A DNA stretch of 64,000 bases from Candidatus Latescibacterota bacterium (GTDB taxonomy: Bacteria > Latescibacterota > UBA2968 > GCA-2709665). The DNA lies in contig OZ244744.1 in the NCBI GenBank assembly GCA_965219455.1, positions 2,656,001-2,720,000 of the forward strand, given 5' to 3'. Numbering within the stretch: position 1 is the stretch's first letter; each line of letters begins with the position of its first letter. The position numbers and the translations under genes are program-made. A model generated the notes under the pieces. It had not been told where the DNA came from. It made no database searches and saw nothing but the letters and a program-made list of their open reading frames with translations. Shown here piece after piece: positions 31,712-43,318 of this stretch.

Positions 31712-34700
31712 ATGACGCCCATTCGGATTGGACGCGGCACACTGTTCCTTGTCGGCATGTTGTTGGCAGGCTGTGCTTCGCAGCGGAACGAGACGGAGAC
31801 GATCTCCTATTCGCGGGAGACGGCCAGGCTGGTCAGCCACGCGACCTCGGATCTCATCCGCTCGGAAGACGACATTCGCGTACGGTTCGTGTCGCCCGTC
31901 GTGTCCGGAAACCGGGTCGGCCAGAGCCCGGAGAACGCGGTGTTCACGTTCGTTCCGCGCATCGACGGCGCCGCCCGCTGGGCGGATCGGCGCACCCTTC
32001 TCTTTCAGCCCGAGACGCCGCTCCCCTTCCGGCAGCACTACCGGGGCGCCCTGGATCTCGCCGCCCTGTTCCCTGAGCGAAAAAACCTGCAACCCCTTGA
32101 GTTTGCATTTGAGGTGGCCGGCCGGGAGATTGTTTCGTTGAACGCGGATTTCGAGTTGATCGAGAAAGAAGATCCGCGCCTGGTGGTTTACAAAGGGCGG
32201 GTCATGTTCAGCGAGAAGACGCCGCTCGAACAGGTGCGGCAAGCGGCCCGGCTGTCTCTGTCTCTGAGCCGGGAGCGGCCTTCCCTCGCCTGGAAAGTGG
32301 ACGTCGAGGGCAAGGCCTTTTCGTTCGTTTCGGAACCGATCGAGCGGCGCGATAGAATAAGAAGCCTCGTTTTCACGCTCAATAAAGATGCGCTGGCGAT
32401 ATCGCGTGACTTCAGGGAGAGGAGGATTCTGGCTGCCATAACGGAAATGAATATTGTCAAGGTCAAAGGCCACGGGGAAGGGCGGCAGCCCGGGCTTACG
32501 GTCGAATTGTCGGACGACCTGGACCCCCGCCAGGACATCCGCGGGTTGCTGGCCGTAGATCCTCTGATGGATATCCGGATCAGGACGCTGGGCAGGAAAA
32601 TCCACGTAAGTGGCGAGTTCGAACACGGCCGGTACTACACCCTGACCGCCTTTCCCGGCATTCGCAGCCGATGGGGTGTGGCAACCGCCTCCGAACGTAC
32701 CGAGACGGTCCAGATACCCGACCTCAAACCCCAGGTTCGCTTCTCCGAAGACGGGATGATCCTGCCAACGGCCAACCGCCAGCGGGTCCGGTTCCGGACG
32801 GTGAACGTGAGCCGTGTGAAGCTCCGGGTCCAACAGGTTTTCGACTCGAACCTGGGCCAGTTCCTTCAGAGTCAGAGTTTGAAGAGCGCCGGCGACCGCC
32901 GGCGGGATTTCCACTCCTGGCAGGTCGACCGCGTGGGCGTGGGGCTGGTGGATACGGTCCTGGAGATCGGCCAGGTCCGCAACCGGTGGCTGCAGCACGA
33001 ACTGGATCTGAACGCGCTGCTCGATCCGTCCGAAAAAGGGCCGCTGCTGCTCAGTCTCAGCTTTAAACATATTGACATGCTGTACGGCGCGCCCGGTGAG
33101 GCCGAGGAAGCCCGGAAGCAATGGCGGTGGAACCGGCGGTTGCGGGGTTACGGCAGTCATCCCTTTTCACCGGGATACGTCCGCACGCGCGGCAGGGCAT
33201 TCAAGCCGGTTATCGTAAGCGATATCGGCCTGACGTACAAAAAGGCGCACCGCCGGCACATCGTTTACGCACGAGATATCAACGACGCGGCGCCCATGCC
33301 CGGCGTGGCGGTCACGCTGCGTACCTTCCAGAACCAGGTGGCCGGCCGGGGCCTGACCGACAGAAACGGCACGGCCACGTTCCCGGGCGGAGAGCGGGAC
33401 ATATTCTATGTTGAAGCGGAAAAAGACGGCCGGAAAAGCGTCATAAAGTGCAACGAAATGGCCTGGAACCTGTCCACCTTTGATACCGGGGGCGCCTCTG
33501 CGCCGCCGGACGGCGTCAGGGCGTTCATTTATGCCGAGCGCGGCGTGTATCGACCCGGCGACGAGATCCATCTTTCACTGATCGCGCGCAACTCGGAGGA
33601 GACCTTTCCCGAAAACCACCCGGTGACGCTAAAGCTCTATAACCCGAGAAATCAGCTTGTGCTCGAGCGGACGGCCCGAACGGGCAAGGACGGCTTCTAC
33701 GTATTCAGCTTCAAGACCGAGCCCGACGATCCCACGGGAAACTGGCGGGCGCGGCTGGAGGTGGGAAGCCGGACGTTCGACCATACGGTGAAAGTCGAGA
33801 CGGTGGCCCCCTATCGGTTGAAGGTCCGGATCGAGCCCGAAAAGAAGGAACTGACGCCTGAGGACGATGAACTTCGACTGGAGCTCGTGAGTACCTATCT
33901 GTTCGGCAATCCGGCGGCCGGGCTGGATGCCGAAGTTGCGGTTGAATTCCGGCACAGGGCCCGGCAGTTTGCCGACTACGCGGGTTTCAGCTTCACCAAC
34001 GAAGCCGCACGGTACACGCCGATTCGCACCAGCATCTTCAAGGATAAACTCGACTTGGAAGGCCGCGCGCAGGTGCGCTGGCCGCTGCCGGCCCCGGGCC
34101 GGGCACCATCGGCCATTCGTGTCCGAATCGATGCCACGGTGTTGGAGAAAGGCGGCCGCCCCAACCGCAGCAGCGAAACACTCGCCTTCGATCCATACGA
34201 CCGGTACGTCGGTGTGCGAAAACCGCAGTTCGACTACGGATATACCCGGCTGGGATCCGCGCTGGAGATTCCGGTTGTACTGGTAACGGCTCAGGGGCAG
34301 GCAGCGGCGGGTCTGCCGCTTGAATATCGCATTTACAGAAGCACGGTGCACTGGTGGTGGGAGTACGAGTCCCGGGACCAGTTTCGCCTTCGGTTCAAAA
34401 CGGATCAGTACACGGAACGGATCGAAAGCGGTTCGCTATTTTCGCAATCAGCGCCCGTACCGCTGGTGTTTACGCCTCAGCAACGTGGCGAGTACCTGAT
34501 CGAGGTGCAGGATGCGGGTGGCCATACCGCCGCGTTCTTCATGCGCGCCTATCCCTGGGGCGAATCGCAGGCCGATCCGAAATCCGCAGGCATGCTGGCG
34601 CTCAAGACCGACAGGAAGTCCTACGCCCCCGGCGATTCCGCCCTGGTGACGTTTCCCGCGCCGCGACAGGGCGCGATTCTGGTCTCGGTGGAACAGGACA

Positions 34701-37243
34701 GTCGCATTCTGCAGACCCGATGGTACGAACCGGACGGTCACCCCGACGAGTTCCAGGTTCCGGTATCCATCACACGGGAAATGGCGCCCACGGCATACGT
34801 TGGCGTCTCGGTCCTCCAGCCGTACAGCCAGACGTTGAACGATCGACCGATTCGCCTGTACGGCGTCGTTCCGCTCAATGTAAGCGATCCCCATACCCGC
34901 CAGGAAATCTCCATTCGCATGCCGGGCGAACTCAGGCCCGAGTCCCCGTTTCAGATTCAGGTGGAAACGGGCGACGGGCAGCCGGCTCAGTTCACGCTTG
35001 CGGTAGTGGACGAGGGGTTGCTGGCGCTCACGGGGTTTTCCACGCCGGACGCCTGGCAGTCGTTTTACAGGAAGCGTCGGCTGGGGGTGGTTACGCACGA
35101 CGTTTATTCCCACGTCATCGGCGCCAATAAAGGGGACGTCTTCAGGACCTTTTCCGTGGGAGGCGGATACGCGGAAGCCTACAGGGCTTCCCATCTGGAC
35201 CCGGAAGGAAGAAAGCGGTTCAAGGCCGTATCGCTGTTCAAGGGTCCCATCGAAACCGACGCGCAGGGACGGGCCACCATTGACTTCGATATGCCGGACT
35301 ACGTGGGTTCGGTAAGGGTGATGGCCGTTTCCGCCAGCAGAGCGCGATACGGCCGGGCAGAGACATCCGTTCCGGTGAAGACCGATCTGATGGTGATGCC
35401 CACGCTGCCGCGCGTACTTGGGCCGGGGGATCGCATTATAGTCCCCGTGACTGTTTTCGCGATGGTCGACAATATCGGACCGACCATTGTTTCGATACGG
35501 ACCGAGGGCCCGGTATCGGTCGTCGGTCCGGCCCGCCAGGAACTGGAATTCGAAAAAACGGGGGAGCGGGATCTGTCGTTTACGCTTCAGGCGGCAGCGG
35601 CGGTGGGGCAGGCCCGGGTGGTTGTCACGGCAGAAGCATCGGACATTGCCGCAGACCATGAGACCGACCTGAAGGTCCGTCCATCGTCAGCCAGGATCTA
35701 CGCGGCACAGGAGCAGGACATCCGGCCCGGCGAGAGGGTCCGATTCACGGTCCCGGACAGAGGACTGCCCGGTACCAATCGCGCACGCGTGGCCGTGCGC
35801 CGGCGGCCCGACCTGGGGATGACCCATCGGTTGCTGGGGTTGGTTCGCTATCCGTACGGCTGTATCGAGCAGACGGTTTCGGCCGCGTTTCCACAGCTTT
35901 ATCTGGGGACTTTTCTGGAAGGCGTGAAGTATGCCGGAGACGCAACGGGCGACATCGACGTGTACATCAATTCGGCGATCCGCAAGCTGAGGAAATTCAA
36001 GCTTGTCTCCGGCGGGTTCACTTACTGGCCCGGCGGATCGTCGGTTTCTCCCTGGGGTTCCCTGTACACGGGGCATTTCATGATTGAAGCCGGCAAGCTG
36101 GGATACCATGTGCCGCAGGACCTGATGGCCAACTGGTTGCGTTACGAAAAATCGCGTGCGCTTACCACCAAAGACAACCTGATGGAACGGGTTTATCGGG
36201 TCTATCTCCTGGCGCTTGCCGGCGAATACCAGATCGGCCCGATGAATTTGCTGAAGGAGACCGGCATCAAAGACATGAACGACACCCAGAAGTGGATGCT
36301 GGCCGCGGCCTATCATCTTGCCGGCGTGGAGCGGACCGCCGCGCAGATCCTCATCCCCGCGGGCAAGCGGGTGAAGCGTTACAACGAATCGGGGGGCACG
36401 TACGGCTCGGGCCTGCGGGATCTGTCGATCATTCTGAATACGCTCGTGCTGTTCGAACGCTGGTCGGAGGCCGACGAGATCGCCAAAGAATTGGGCGCGG
36501 CGCTTGCGTCTCAGAATTGGTACAGCACCCACACCACCGGGTTTATGCTTCTGGCCCTGGGCAAATATCTCCGGTCTCTCGACAACGAGGACGGCGGCCC
36601 TTCGGTGCTTGCTGGCACGATCAGCCTTCCTGACGGACGGGCGGTGCGGTTCGAGACGAATCGGTCTGCCCACCACGTTGAGATCGAAGAGGGTTTCGGC
36701 AAGGAAGTAGAGGTATTTCTGGATTCGACCTCTACCATCAAGAGGGCGTTCGCGACCCTGGACTGGGACGGAGTTCCACTTACCGACGACGTGGGAGATA
36801 CGTCCGGCAAGCTGAAGCTGGAAGTGGCCTGGCTCAATGACGAAGGTATGCCGGTCGATCCCTCGGAACTGTCGCAGGGTGAGGTTTTCTGGGGCCATTT
36901 TCGCGTGCGCAATCTGACGGTCGCGCGCAACGTCGAAGAGGTTGCACTGGTTCAGGTCCTGCCCGCCGGATGGGAAATCGACAATCCGCGGCTGTCCGAC
37001 CGGACGGCGCCGAAATGGACAAAGCGCCTGAATCTGAACCGCGAGGAATACATGGACGCACGCGACGATCGGGTGATGTGGTTTTTCGATTTCGTGAATC
37101 GCAGGCACCTGGATTTCGTGGTCCGTTTGAACGCCGTTACGGCAGGGTCATTCAGGCTGCCCGCAACGGTTGCGGAAGCGATGTACAATCGAGCCTATCG
37201 GTCGACGGCAGCCGGAAGACGGGTTGTGGTCAAACAGCGATAG
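31712..37243 (+). CDS. Bacterial alpha-2-macroglobulin (lipoprotein)
   Basis: Lipobox LLAGC, RGVYRPGD, AVVDEG and thioester motif YPYGCIEQ; followed by pbpC. Confidence 0.95.
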   Translation: MTPIRIGRGTLFLVGMLLAGCASQRNETETISYSRETARLVSHATSDLIRSEDDIRVRFVSPVVSGNRVGQSPENAVFTFVPRIDGAARWADRRTLLFQPETPLPFRQHYRGALDLAALFPERKNLQPLEFAFEVAGREIVSLNADFELIEKEDPRLVVYKGRVMFSEKTPLEQVRQAARLSLSLSRERPSLAWKVDVEGKAFSFVSEPIERRDRIRSLVFTLNKDALAISRDFRERRILAAITEMNIVKVKGHGEGRQPGLTVELSDDLDPRQDIRGLLAVDPLMDIRIRTLGRKIHVSGEFEHGRYYTLTAFPGIRSRWGVATASERTETVQIPDLKPQVRFSEDGMILPTANRQRVRFRTVNVSRVKLRVQQVFDSNLGQFLQSQSLKSAGDRRRDFHSWQVDRVGVGLVDTVLEIGQVRNRWLQHELDLNALLDPSEKGPLLLSLSFKHIDMLYGAPGEAEEARKQWRWNRRLRGYGSHPFSPGYVRTRGRAFKPVIVSDIGLTYKKAHRRHIVYARDINDAAPMPGVAVTLRTFQNQVAGRGLTDRNGTATFPGGERDIFYVEAEKDGRKSVIKCNEMAWNLSTFDTGGASAPPDGVRAFIYAERGVYRPGDEIHLSLIARNSEETFPENHPVTLKLYNPRNQLVLERTARTGKDGFYVFSFKTEPDDPTGNWRARLEVGSRTFDHTVKVETVAPYRLKVRIEPEKKELTPEDDELRLELVSTYLFGNPAAGLDAEVAVEFRHRARQFADYAGFSFTNEAARYTPIRTSIFKDKLDLEGRAQVRWPLPAPGRAPSAIRVRIDATVLEKGGRPNRSSETLAFDPYDRYVGVRKPQFDYGYTRLGSALEIPVVLVTAQGQAAAGLPLEYRIYRSTVHWWWEYESRDQFRLRFKTDQYTERIESGSLFSQSAPVPLVFTPQQRGEYLIEVQDAGGHTAAFFMRAYPWGESQADPKSAGMLALKTDRKSYAPGDSALVTFPAPRQGAILVSVEQDSRILQTRWYEPDGHPDEFQVPVSITREMAPTAYVGVSVLQPYSQTLNDRPIRLYGVVPLNVSDPHTRQEISIRMPGELRPESPFQIQVETGDGQPAQFTLAVVDEGLLALTGFSTPDAWQSFYRKRRLGVVTHDVYSHVIGANKGDVFRTFSVGGGYAEAYRASHLDPEGRKRFKAVSLFKGPIETDAQGRATIDFDMPDYVGSVRVMAVSASRARYGRAETSVPVKTDLMVMPTLPRVLGPGDRIIVPVTVFAMVDNIGPTIVSIRTEGPVSVVGPARQELEFEKTGERDLSFTLQAAAAVGQARVVVTAEASDIAADHETDLKVRPSSARIYAAQEQDIRPGERVRFTVPDRGLPGTNRARVAVRRRPDLGMTHRLLGLVRYPYGCIEQTVSAAFPQLYLGTFLEGVKYAGDATGDIDVYINSAIRKLRKFKLVSGGFTYWPGGSSVSPWGSLYTGHFMIEAGKLGYHVPQDLMANWLRYEKSRALTTKDNLMERVYRVYLLALAGEYQIGPMNLLKETGIKDMNDTQKWMLAAAYHLAGVERTAAQILIPAGKRVKRYNESGGTYGSGLRDLSIILNTLVLFERWSEADEIAKELGAALASQNWYSTHTTGFMLLALGKYLRSLDNEDGGPSVLAGTISLPDGRAVRFETNRSAHHVEIEEGFGKEVEVFLDSTSTIKRAFATLDWDGVPLTDDVGDTSGKLKLEVAWLNDEGMPVDPSELSQGEVFWGHFRVRNLTVARNVEEVALVQVLPAGWEIDNPRLSDRTAPKWTKRLNLNREEYMDARDDRVMWFFDFVNRRHLDFVVRLNAVTAGSFRLPATVAEAMYNRAYRSTAAGRRVVVKQR

Positions 37244-37430
37244 AACGGCTCCGGGTTGTCGAAATCGCGGGAAGCGGTAAAGACAGCGATCAGCTATAAG
37301 CCGTCAGTTGTCAGCTAAAAACGAAAAGCAAAAGGCAGATTGCCATACGGCTTGGCGATGTCAATTCACGGATACTTTGTGTTTGTAGGTGCGGTTCGGG
37401 GAACGATGTTCTTTTGCAGGAGCTGATAAT

Positions 37431-39818
37431 ATGTTTTGGCGGCGGCGGCGCATGGCGGCCAGGGGAAGAAGGCGCACCGGGTCCCTTCTTGCAGGTGGAA
37501 GACGCGTGAGGATGGGGATCTGTCTTACGTTTCTTCTCTTCCCCGCGGCGCTCTACGTTTCGATTCCCGTGCCGGATCCGCTGTTCGATCCTGACTACAG
37601 TACGGTTGTGCTGGATGAACAGGGTCGGATCCTGCGGATATTCCTGAATGGGGATGAGCAGTGGTGTTTCCCCCACCAGGCGAACGCCGATGTTCCGCAC
37701 GCCCTGGAGCAGGCGGTTCTCAGTTTCGAGGACCGTCACTTTTACAGGCATCCCGGCGTGGATCCACTGGCGCTGCTTCGGGCCGTCTATCAGAATATCC
37801 GTGCGGGAGAGGTCGTCAGCGGCGCGAGCACGCTGACGATGCAGGTTGCCCGCATGACGTCGCCCAAGAGGAGGACCTATATCAACAAGGCCCTGGAGAT
37901 GCTCCAGGCATTGAAGATCGAGCTGCATTATGACAAGAAACAGATCCTGAATCTCTATCTGGACCACGCGCCCTATGGCGGCAATGTTGTGGGCTACCGC
38001 GCGGCTGCGCATCGGTATTTCGGCAAGTCGCCCGTACGGCTGACCTGGGGAGAGGCCGCCACATTGGCGGTTCTTCCGAATGCGCCGGGGCTGATATCGC
38101 CTCTTGCCGACCCGGAAAAACTGCGGCTCAGGCGCGACCGGCTTCTGAGCCGGCTGCTGAACGAAGGGATGATAGACGCCGAGACCTTTGGTTTGGCGAG
38201 GATGGAGGCGGTGCCGGACGGCACCAGGCCGTTGCCAATGGATGCGCCGCATCTGGCGCGACGGCTTGAGTCCCTGCACCGGAATACGTACATACGTACC
38301 ACCCTTCAACGAGCGATTCAGAGACAAAGCGAGGAAATCGTTAATCGACACGCCGCCTTTATGCGGCGTCTGGGCGTCCGAAACGGCGCGGCCCTGGTAG
38401 CTGAGACCCGTACGGGGAAGGTACGCGCATACGTTGGATCCCAGGAATTCTTCGACGCCCGGAACCAGGGCCAGGTGGACGGCGTTGTGGCCGCAAGGTC
38501 CTCCGGATCTTTGCTCAAGCCGTTTCTATTCGCCCTGGGCATCGACGAAGGCATTTTGCTGCCCCAGACGCGAATCCGGGATCTTCCCACCCCCTACGGC
38601 GCCTTTTCCCCCGGGAACGCGGATGGAACCTTTGGAGGGTTGGTGGCGGCCAAGGAGGCGCTGGTTCGTTCGCTCAATGTGCCCGCGGTCCGGTTACTGG
38701 ATGCGTACGGGATGGATCCGTTTTACAGGTTTTTGAAATCCGCCGGGCTGACGACGCTTTTTCGCTCCCCTGGCGATTACGGTCTGCCGATGATTCTCGG
38801 TGGCGTCGAGGTCAGCCTGTGGGATATGGCGTTGTGCTACCGCGCGTTGGCCAACGGAGGCCGGTTCAGTCCACTCAAGGTCCTGACAAGGACACACCAC
38901 GCGGAGGGTCCCGCGCTCATCAGTCCCGGCGCCTGTTATCTGACGCTGAACATGCTTCGAGATCTCAAGCGGCCGGGCGTGGAATACTACTGGGAGCAGT
39001 ACCAGAACCAGTGGCCGATCGCCTGGAAAACCGGAACCAGCTACGGGAAGCGGGACGCCTGGGCGATCGGCGTGAGCCCTGAGTGGACGGTGGCCGTCTG
39101 GATAGGCAATTTTGGCGGCCGCGGCAATGCGAACCTTACGGGCGCAAGCGCGGCCGCGCCCCTTCTGTTCGATTTGTTCAACATGCTGCCAAAGCAGCGC
39201 GAACACGCGTGGATCGAGGCGCCGGTTGCCGACCTGAGCCCGGTTCAACTTTGCGCGGATACGGGATTCCGAGCGGGCCCGCACTGCGAGCGCCCGGTTT
39301 CCGTCGATGCGCCGTTACATATGAAACCCCTTCGGATCTGTCCCTATCACCGGACGTTTCAGGTGGCGCTGGACGGGGGCCATCGCGTGTGTTCGCTCTG
39401 CTGGGAGCCGAAGGACCACCGTCCGGTCCGCCAGCTTGTCTTTCCGGCAGACGTCGTGCAATATCTGCGTAAACGGGGCCATGTTCCGGGCATGGTTCCG
39501 CCGCACAAACCGGATTGCCCGGCTCGGACCGAGCCCGATCCGCTGAAGATCACCTACCCGCAACAGAACGCCAGGCTGTGGTTGCCCAGGGACTTCGGCG
39601 GCGCGTGGCAGAAGATTGCGATGCGGGTGGCTCACAGGGAGAGAAATCGTATCCTTTATTGGTACCTGGATGACCGGTACCTGGGAAGCAGCCGTGGCCG
39701 GCATGTCAAAGCCGCGGAGCTCTCAAGGGGATGGCACACGCTGGATGTTGTGGACGAGATTGGCAACCGGGATCAGAAGCGCTTTTTCGTCGACCTGAAA
39801 CGTGAGAAGCTGTTTTAG
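37431..39818 (+). CDS. pbpC: Penicillin-binding protein 1C
   Basis: FEDRHFYRHPG, GASTLTMQVAR, SGSLLKP (SxxK), SLN and KTGTS; canonical pairing with alpha-2-macroglobulin. Confidence 0.95.
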   Translation: MFWRRRRMAARGRRRTGSLLAGGRRVRMGICLTFLLFPAALYVSIPVPDPLFDPDYSTVVLDEQGRILRIFLNGDEQWCFPHQANADVPHALEQAVLSFEDRHFYRHPGVDPLALLRAVYQNIRAGEVVSGASTLTMQVARMTSPKRRTYINKALEMLQALKIELHYDKKQILNLYLDHAPYGGNVVGYRAAAHRYFGKSPVRLTWGEAATLAVLPNAPGLISPLADPEKLRLRRDRLLSRLLNEGMIDAETFGLARMEAVPDGTRPLPMDAPHLARRLESLHRNTYIRTTLQRAIQRQSEEIVNRHAAFMRRLGVRNGAALVAETRTGKVRAYVGSQEFFDARNQGQVDGVVAARSSGSLLKPFLFALGIDEGILLPQTRIRDLPTPYGAFSPGNADGTFGGLVAAKEALVRSLNVPAVRLLDAYGMDPFYRFLKSAGLTTLFRSPGDYGLPMILGGVEVSLWDMALCYRALANGGRFSPLKVLTRTHHAEGPALISPGACYLTLNMLRDLKRPGVEYYWEQYQNQWPIAWKTGTSYGKRDAWAIGVSPEWTVAVWIGNFGGRGNANLTGASAAAPLLFDLFNMLPKQREHAWIEAPVADLSPVQLCADTGFRAGPHCERPVSVDAPLHMKPLRICPYHRTFQVALDGGHRVCSLCWEPKDHRPVRQLVFPADVVQYLRKRGHVPGMVPPHKPDCPARTEPDPLKITYPQQNARLWLPRDFGGAWQKIAMRVAHRERNRILYWYLDDRYLGSSRGRHVKAAELSRGWHTLDVVDEIGNRDQKRFFVDLKREKLF

Positions 39819-39844
39819 AATCCCCAGCGGTCTTCGCGCGGCTG
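39805..39844. repeat. Partial second copy of the 3596-3756 element terminus
   Basis: AGAAGCTGTTTTAGAATCCCCAGCGGTCTTCGCGCGGCTG is the reverse complement of 3718-3757 with one mismatch. Confidence 0.85.
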
Positions 39845-40075
39845 ACGTTGCGGCATTTCAGGGTAACCTCCCGGCAACCCTGCTTCCCCGTAACGCGTGG
39901 CGTCGCGACACAGGACTTGAAAACCCGGTGCTTCTTTGCTATCTTGAGAAGCCGCAAGACGGGAAAGGTTAGACGTGAGAGGCAGAGGCGGCCCCTCTTG
40001 ACCTAATCTGCAGGCTCTCGCCCGGGGGTTAGCGGGAGGGGCCAATTTCAGATCGCTGATCGCCGGTTTTAAATT

Positions 40076-41056
40076 ATGGATATCCAAAGAGATTCTCCGG
40101 CCGAACCCGATACCCCAACCGGCGAAACGGTCGATATCTCCATCGTCATCCCGCTCCTGAACGAAGCGGACAGCCTTCGTCCCCTGATGGAGCAGGTCCG
40201 GGAGACTATGGCGTCTGCCGGGTGCCGTTTCGAAGCCATCTTCATAGACGATGGCAGCACAGATGGCTCCATGCAGGTTCTGGAGGAACTCCACGACGCC
40301 CACGAGGAAGTCAAAGTCATTCAGTTCCGCCGTAACTTCGGTAAAGCCGCGGCGTACGCCGCGGGATTTGACTTGGCGGCGGGCCGGATGATTATCACCA
40401 TGGATGCCGACCTTCAGGACGATCCGGCGGAAATCCCCCGCCTGATCGAAAAAATTGACAGCGGCCTCGACCTGGTGTCCGGATGGAAGAAGAAGCGCTT
40501 CGATCCCCTGAGTAAAACCATCCCGTCCAAATTCTTCAACTGGGTCACCGGCCGGCTTTCGGGCATTCCGATCCACGATTTCAACTGCGGCCTCAAAGCC
40601 TTCCGCCGTGAAGTGGTGGGCGACATCAAGATATACGGCGAACTCCACCGGTACATTCCCGTTCTCGCCCACCTGGAAGGCTACCGCATCGACGAAATCG
40701 TCGTACAGCACCGCCCCCGCCGCTTCGGCGTGACCAAGTACGGATGGACGCGTCTGCTGAAGGGTTTCCTCGATCTGTTTACCGTCATGTACCTGGGACG
40801 GTACATCGGACGTCCGTTGCACCTGTTCGGCACCATCGGAATCGTCCTGAGCGCAACGGGCGTCGCCGTAAACGGCTTTATTGCCGTGCTGTGGTTCCGC
40901 ACGGGAACCATTCAGAACCGCCATCCACTTCTCTTCCTGGGAATCCTGCTGTCCGTGCTGGGCGTTCAGTTCGTGTGCACCGGCCTGCTGGCGGATATGA
41001 TCACGCGGCAGACACTTCCCCACGAGAAATTCAACGTCCGAAAGATCCTGTCATAG
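40076..41056 (+). CDS. GT2 glycosyltransferase (ArnC/DPM-synthase-like)
   Basis: IDDGSTD, RNFGK, MDADLQDDP, HDFNCG and two C-terminal TM helices. Confidence 0.92.
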   Translation: MDIQRDSPAEPDTPTGETVDISIVIPLLNEADSLRPLMEQVRETMASAGCRFEAIFIDDGSTDGSMQVLEELHDAHEEVKVIQFRRNFGKAAAYAAGFDLAAGRMIITMDADLQDDPAEIPRLIEKIDSGLDLVSGWKKKRFDPLSKTIPSKFFNWVTGRLSGIPIHDFNCGLKAFRREVVGDIKIYGELHRYIPVLAHLEGYRIDEIVVQHRPRRFGVTKYGWTRLLKGFLDLFTVMYLGRYIGRPLHLFGTIGIVLSATGVAVNGFIAVLWFRTGTIQNRHPLLFLGILLSVLGVQFVCTGLLADMITRQTLPHEKFNVRKILS

Positions 41057-41701
41057 CGGCTACGTTCACGCCCGGAAAGACGAGGGCGGGATTCGGGGAG
41101 ATAATAAAAAACGACAGACCATGATTCATGCCCTGTCGCGAAAGATATGCCGGCGACGTTAAGGAAATCGGAATCCCAAAAGGGCCGATTTCCCCGCTGC
41201 GCGGATCCGACTGGTCTCGCTGCTCCAGCGCCATGTTGAATGAGCGGAACAGCAGGTCCGGTAGTTTACAACGGGTCAACGGCGCCTGACCCTTAGCTCA
41301 AAAGGCCACCGGCATCCCGTGGACTTGCGGGCGACCCATCACGGCCTGATCGTGCCGGAGTACCGCACGACGTACCTGTTCCGATCGCTTCTCGTTGCCT
41401 CGGATCGCATAATATAGCGCCAGAAAAGCCAGGCGGTCGCGCGGATTCAGTGCTGTTTTGAGAACCATTTCGGGCCTCGTACGTAAAGGGGTGACAGAAC
41501 GACAACGTTAACGATGAACACCCACGATAAATAGCGAATATCGTGCCAGAATTTCAGAATGGGCAAGTTGTTTTCTGTTTTTTAAGCGTTTATGGGCTTT
41601 TTCAGGGCACGTGCCACAGGCAAGAAGCGGTCGAATGCGGGACAAAGTGTTCAATTACGCCACACAGTGTGAAAAATCTGGTGAAATCCACCCGTGCACT
41701 G

Positions 41702-41832
41702 AAAACAGCTATCAACTGTCAGCGGTCAGCTTGAACCGGTTGGCAATTTGGCATAGCGATATCAATCACGATGTGCGCGCAGTGACGAGGGCAACCACAA
41801 GGGTTGCCCCTACAAATGCAACGACGGCGCAA
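41702..41832 (-). repeat. Intron-free copy of the 130-bp dispersed repeat
   Basis: Reverse complement aligns with 20011-20126 joined to 20857-20870; contains GTAGGGGCAACCCTTGTGGTTGCCCT. Confidence 0.75.
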
Positions 41833-41943
41833 AATGGTCTAATGAATCGGCGGATATGTGGTGAAACATGACCCTCCACTCCGCCGTCACGATCTTACTG
41901 GACTTTCCTTGATGCGGTATTGGAGGCGGAAGGCGGTATCCAT

Positions 41944-43230
41944 ATGCTGGATCTGAACCGGATTCGGAAGGATCCCGGGGGCATCAGGCAGGCGCTGCTG
42001 AAACGCATGGACGCGGTGGATTTTGCGGATTTGCTCCAGTGGGATCAGAACCGGCGAGCCCTCATCGCCAGAACAGGGGGCCTGCGGGAACGACGAAACA
42101 AGGTTTCCGCGCAAATTCCCCAGATGAAGAAAGCGGGCCGGGACACGTCCGAAATCCAGAATGAAATGAAGACGGTTTCAGGGAACATCAGAACCCTTGA
42201 GACGGAACTGTCGGAATTTGAACACCGTATCCGGAGCTTTCTCGAGGAACTGCCCAATATTCCGGCGGATGACGTACCTCCGGGAGGGAAGGAAAACAAC
42301 GAGGTCGTTCGGGCCTGGGGGGAAAAGCCGGAGCGGTGCGAAGGGGCCAAAGACCACGTCGACCTCGTTACCTCGTTGGGGCTGGTCGACTACGAGCGCG
42401 GCGTCAAAATGGGCGGCGCGGGCTTCTGGTTGTACAGGGGTGCGGGCGCCCGCCTGGAGTGGGCGCTCCTGAATTACTTTGTCGAAACGCACCTCAGCGA
42501 CGGCTACGAATTCGTGCTGCCGCCTCACCTGCTCACCTATGAATGCGGTTACACGGCGGGCCAGTTTCCCAAATTCGCTGACGACGTGTTTCATCTGAAG
42601 TGGGAAAGCGAAAAGGAGTCCCGGTTCCTGTTGCCAACGTCGGAGACCGCATTGATCAACTTTCATCGGGACGAAATCCTTCGCGAAGCGGAACTGCCCC
42701 GGAAATACTTTTCATATACGCCCTGCTACCGCAGAGAGGCCGGCAGTTATCGCGCCCAGGAACGCGGCATGATTCGAGGGCACCAGTTCAACAAGGTTGA
42801 AATCTTTCAGTTCACGCGTCCCGAAGACTCCGACCGGGCACTGGAAGAACTGATCGCAAAGGCCGAAGGCCTGGTTCAGGGTCTGGAGTTGCACCATCGC
42901 GTTTCCAAACTGGCGGCGCAGGATGCCAGCGCGGCCATGGCCAAGACGTACGACATCGAGATCTGGATTCCGAGCATGGGGGAATACAAGGAAGTCAGTT
43001 CGGCATCCCACGCGAGCGATTACCAGGCCCGGCGCGGCCATATCCGGTTCAAACGCGCCGAAACCGGCCGGAATGAATTCGTGCATACGCTCAATGCCTC
43101 GGGCCTGGCGACCAGCCGTCTGATTCCCGCTATTGTCGAGCAGAGCCAGCGACCCGACGGCTCTGCTATCGTTCCGAAAGTACTCCGCCCGTATATGGGC
43201 GGCCAGGAAATCCTGGAGCCCGTGGCCTGA
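41944..43230 (+). CDS. serS: Serine--tRNA ligase
   Basis: LPTSE, YRREAG, HQFNKVE, EVSSAS and HTLNASGLA. Confidence 0.96.
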   Translation: MLDLNRIRKDPGGIRQALLKRMDAVDFADLLQWDQNRRALIARTGGLRERRNKVSAQIPQMKKAGRDTSEIQNEMKTVSGNIRTLETELSEFEHRIRSFLEELPNIPADDVPPGGKENNEVVRAWGEKPERCEGAKDHVDLVTSLGLVDYERGVKMGGAGFWLYRGAGARLEWALLNYFVETHLSDGYEFVLPPHLLTYECGYTAGQFPKFADDVFHLKWESEKESRFLLPTSETALINFHRDEILREAELPRKYFSYTPCYRREAGSYRAQERGMIRGHQFNKVEIFQFTRPEDSDRALEELIAKAEGLVQGLELHHRVSKLAAQDASAAMAKTYDIEIWIPSMGEYKEVSSASHASDYQARRGHIRFKRAETGRNEFVHTLNASGLATSRLIPAIVEQSQRPDGSAIVPKVLRPYMGGQEILEPVA

Positions 43231-43318
43231 ATCGCGAGCCCACCCGGGTATTTCCGTGGAATTCGGCCACATCGTCACGGAGGACTCCGTCGACAGCCGT
43301 TGAGAGACCGAACACAAG

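Noticed and set aside
41057-41940. T-box or riboswitch leader upstream of serS
   Set aside because: I could not identify a T-box or specifier motif; much of the region is the dispersed repeat.
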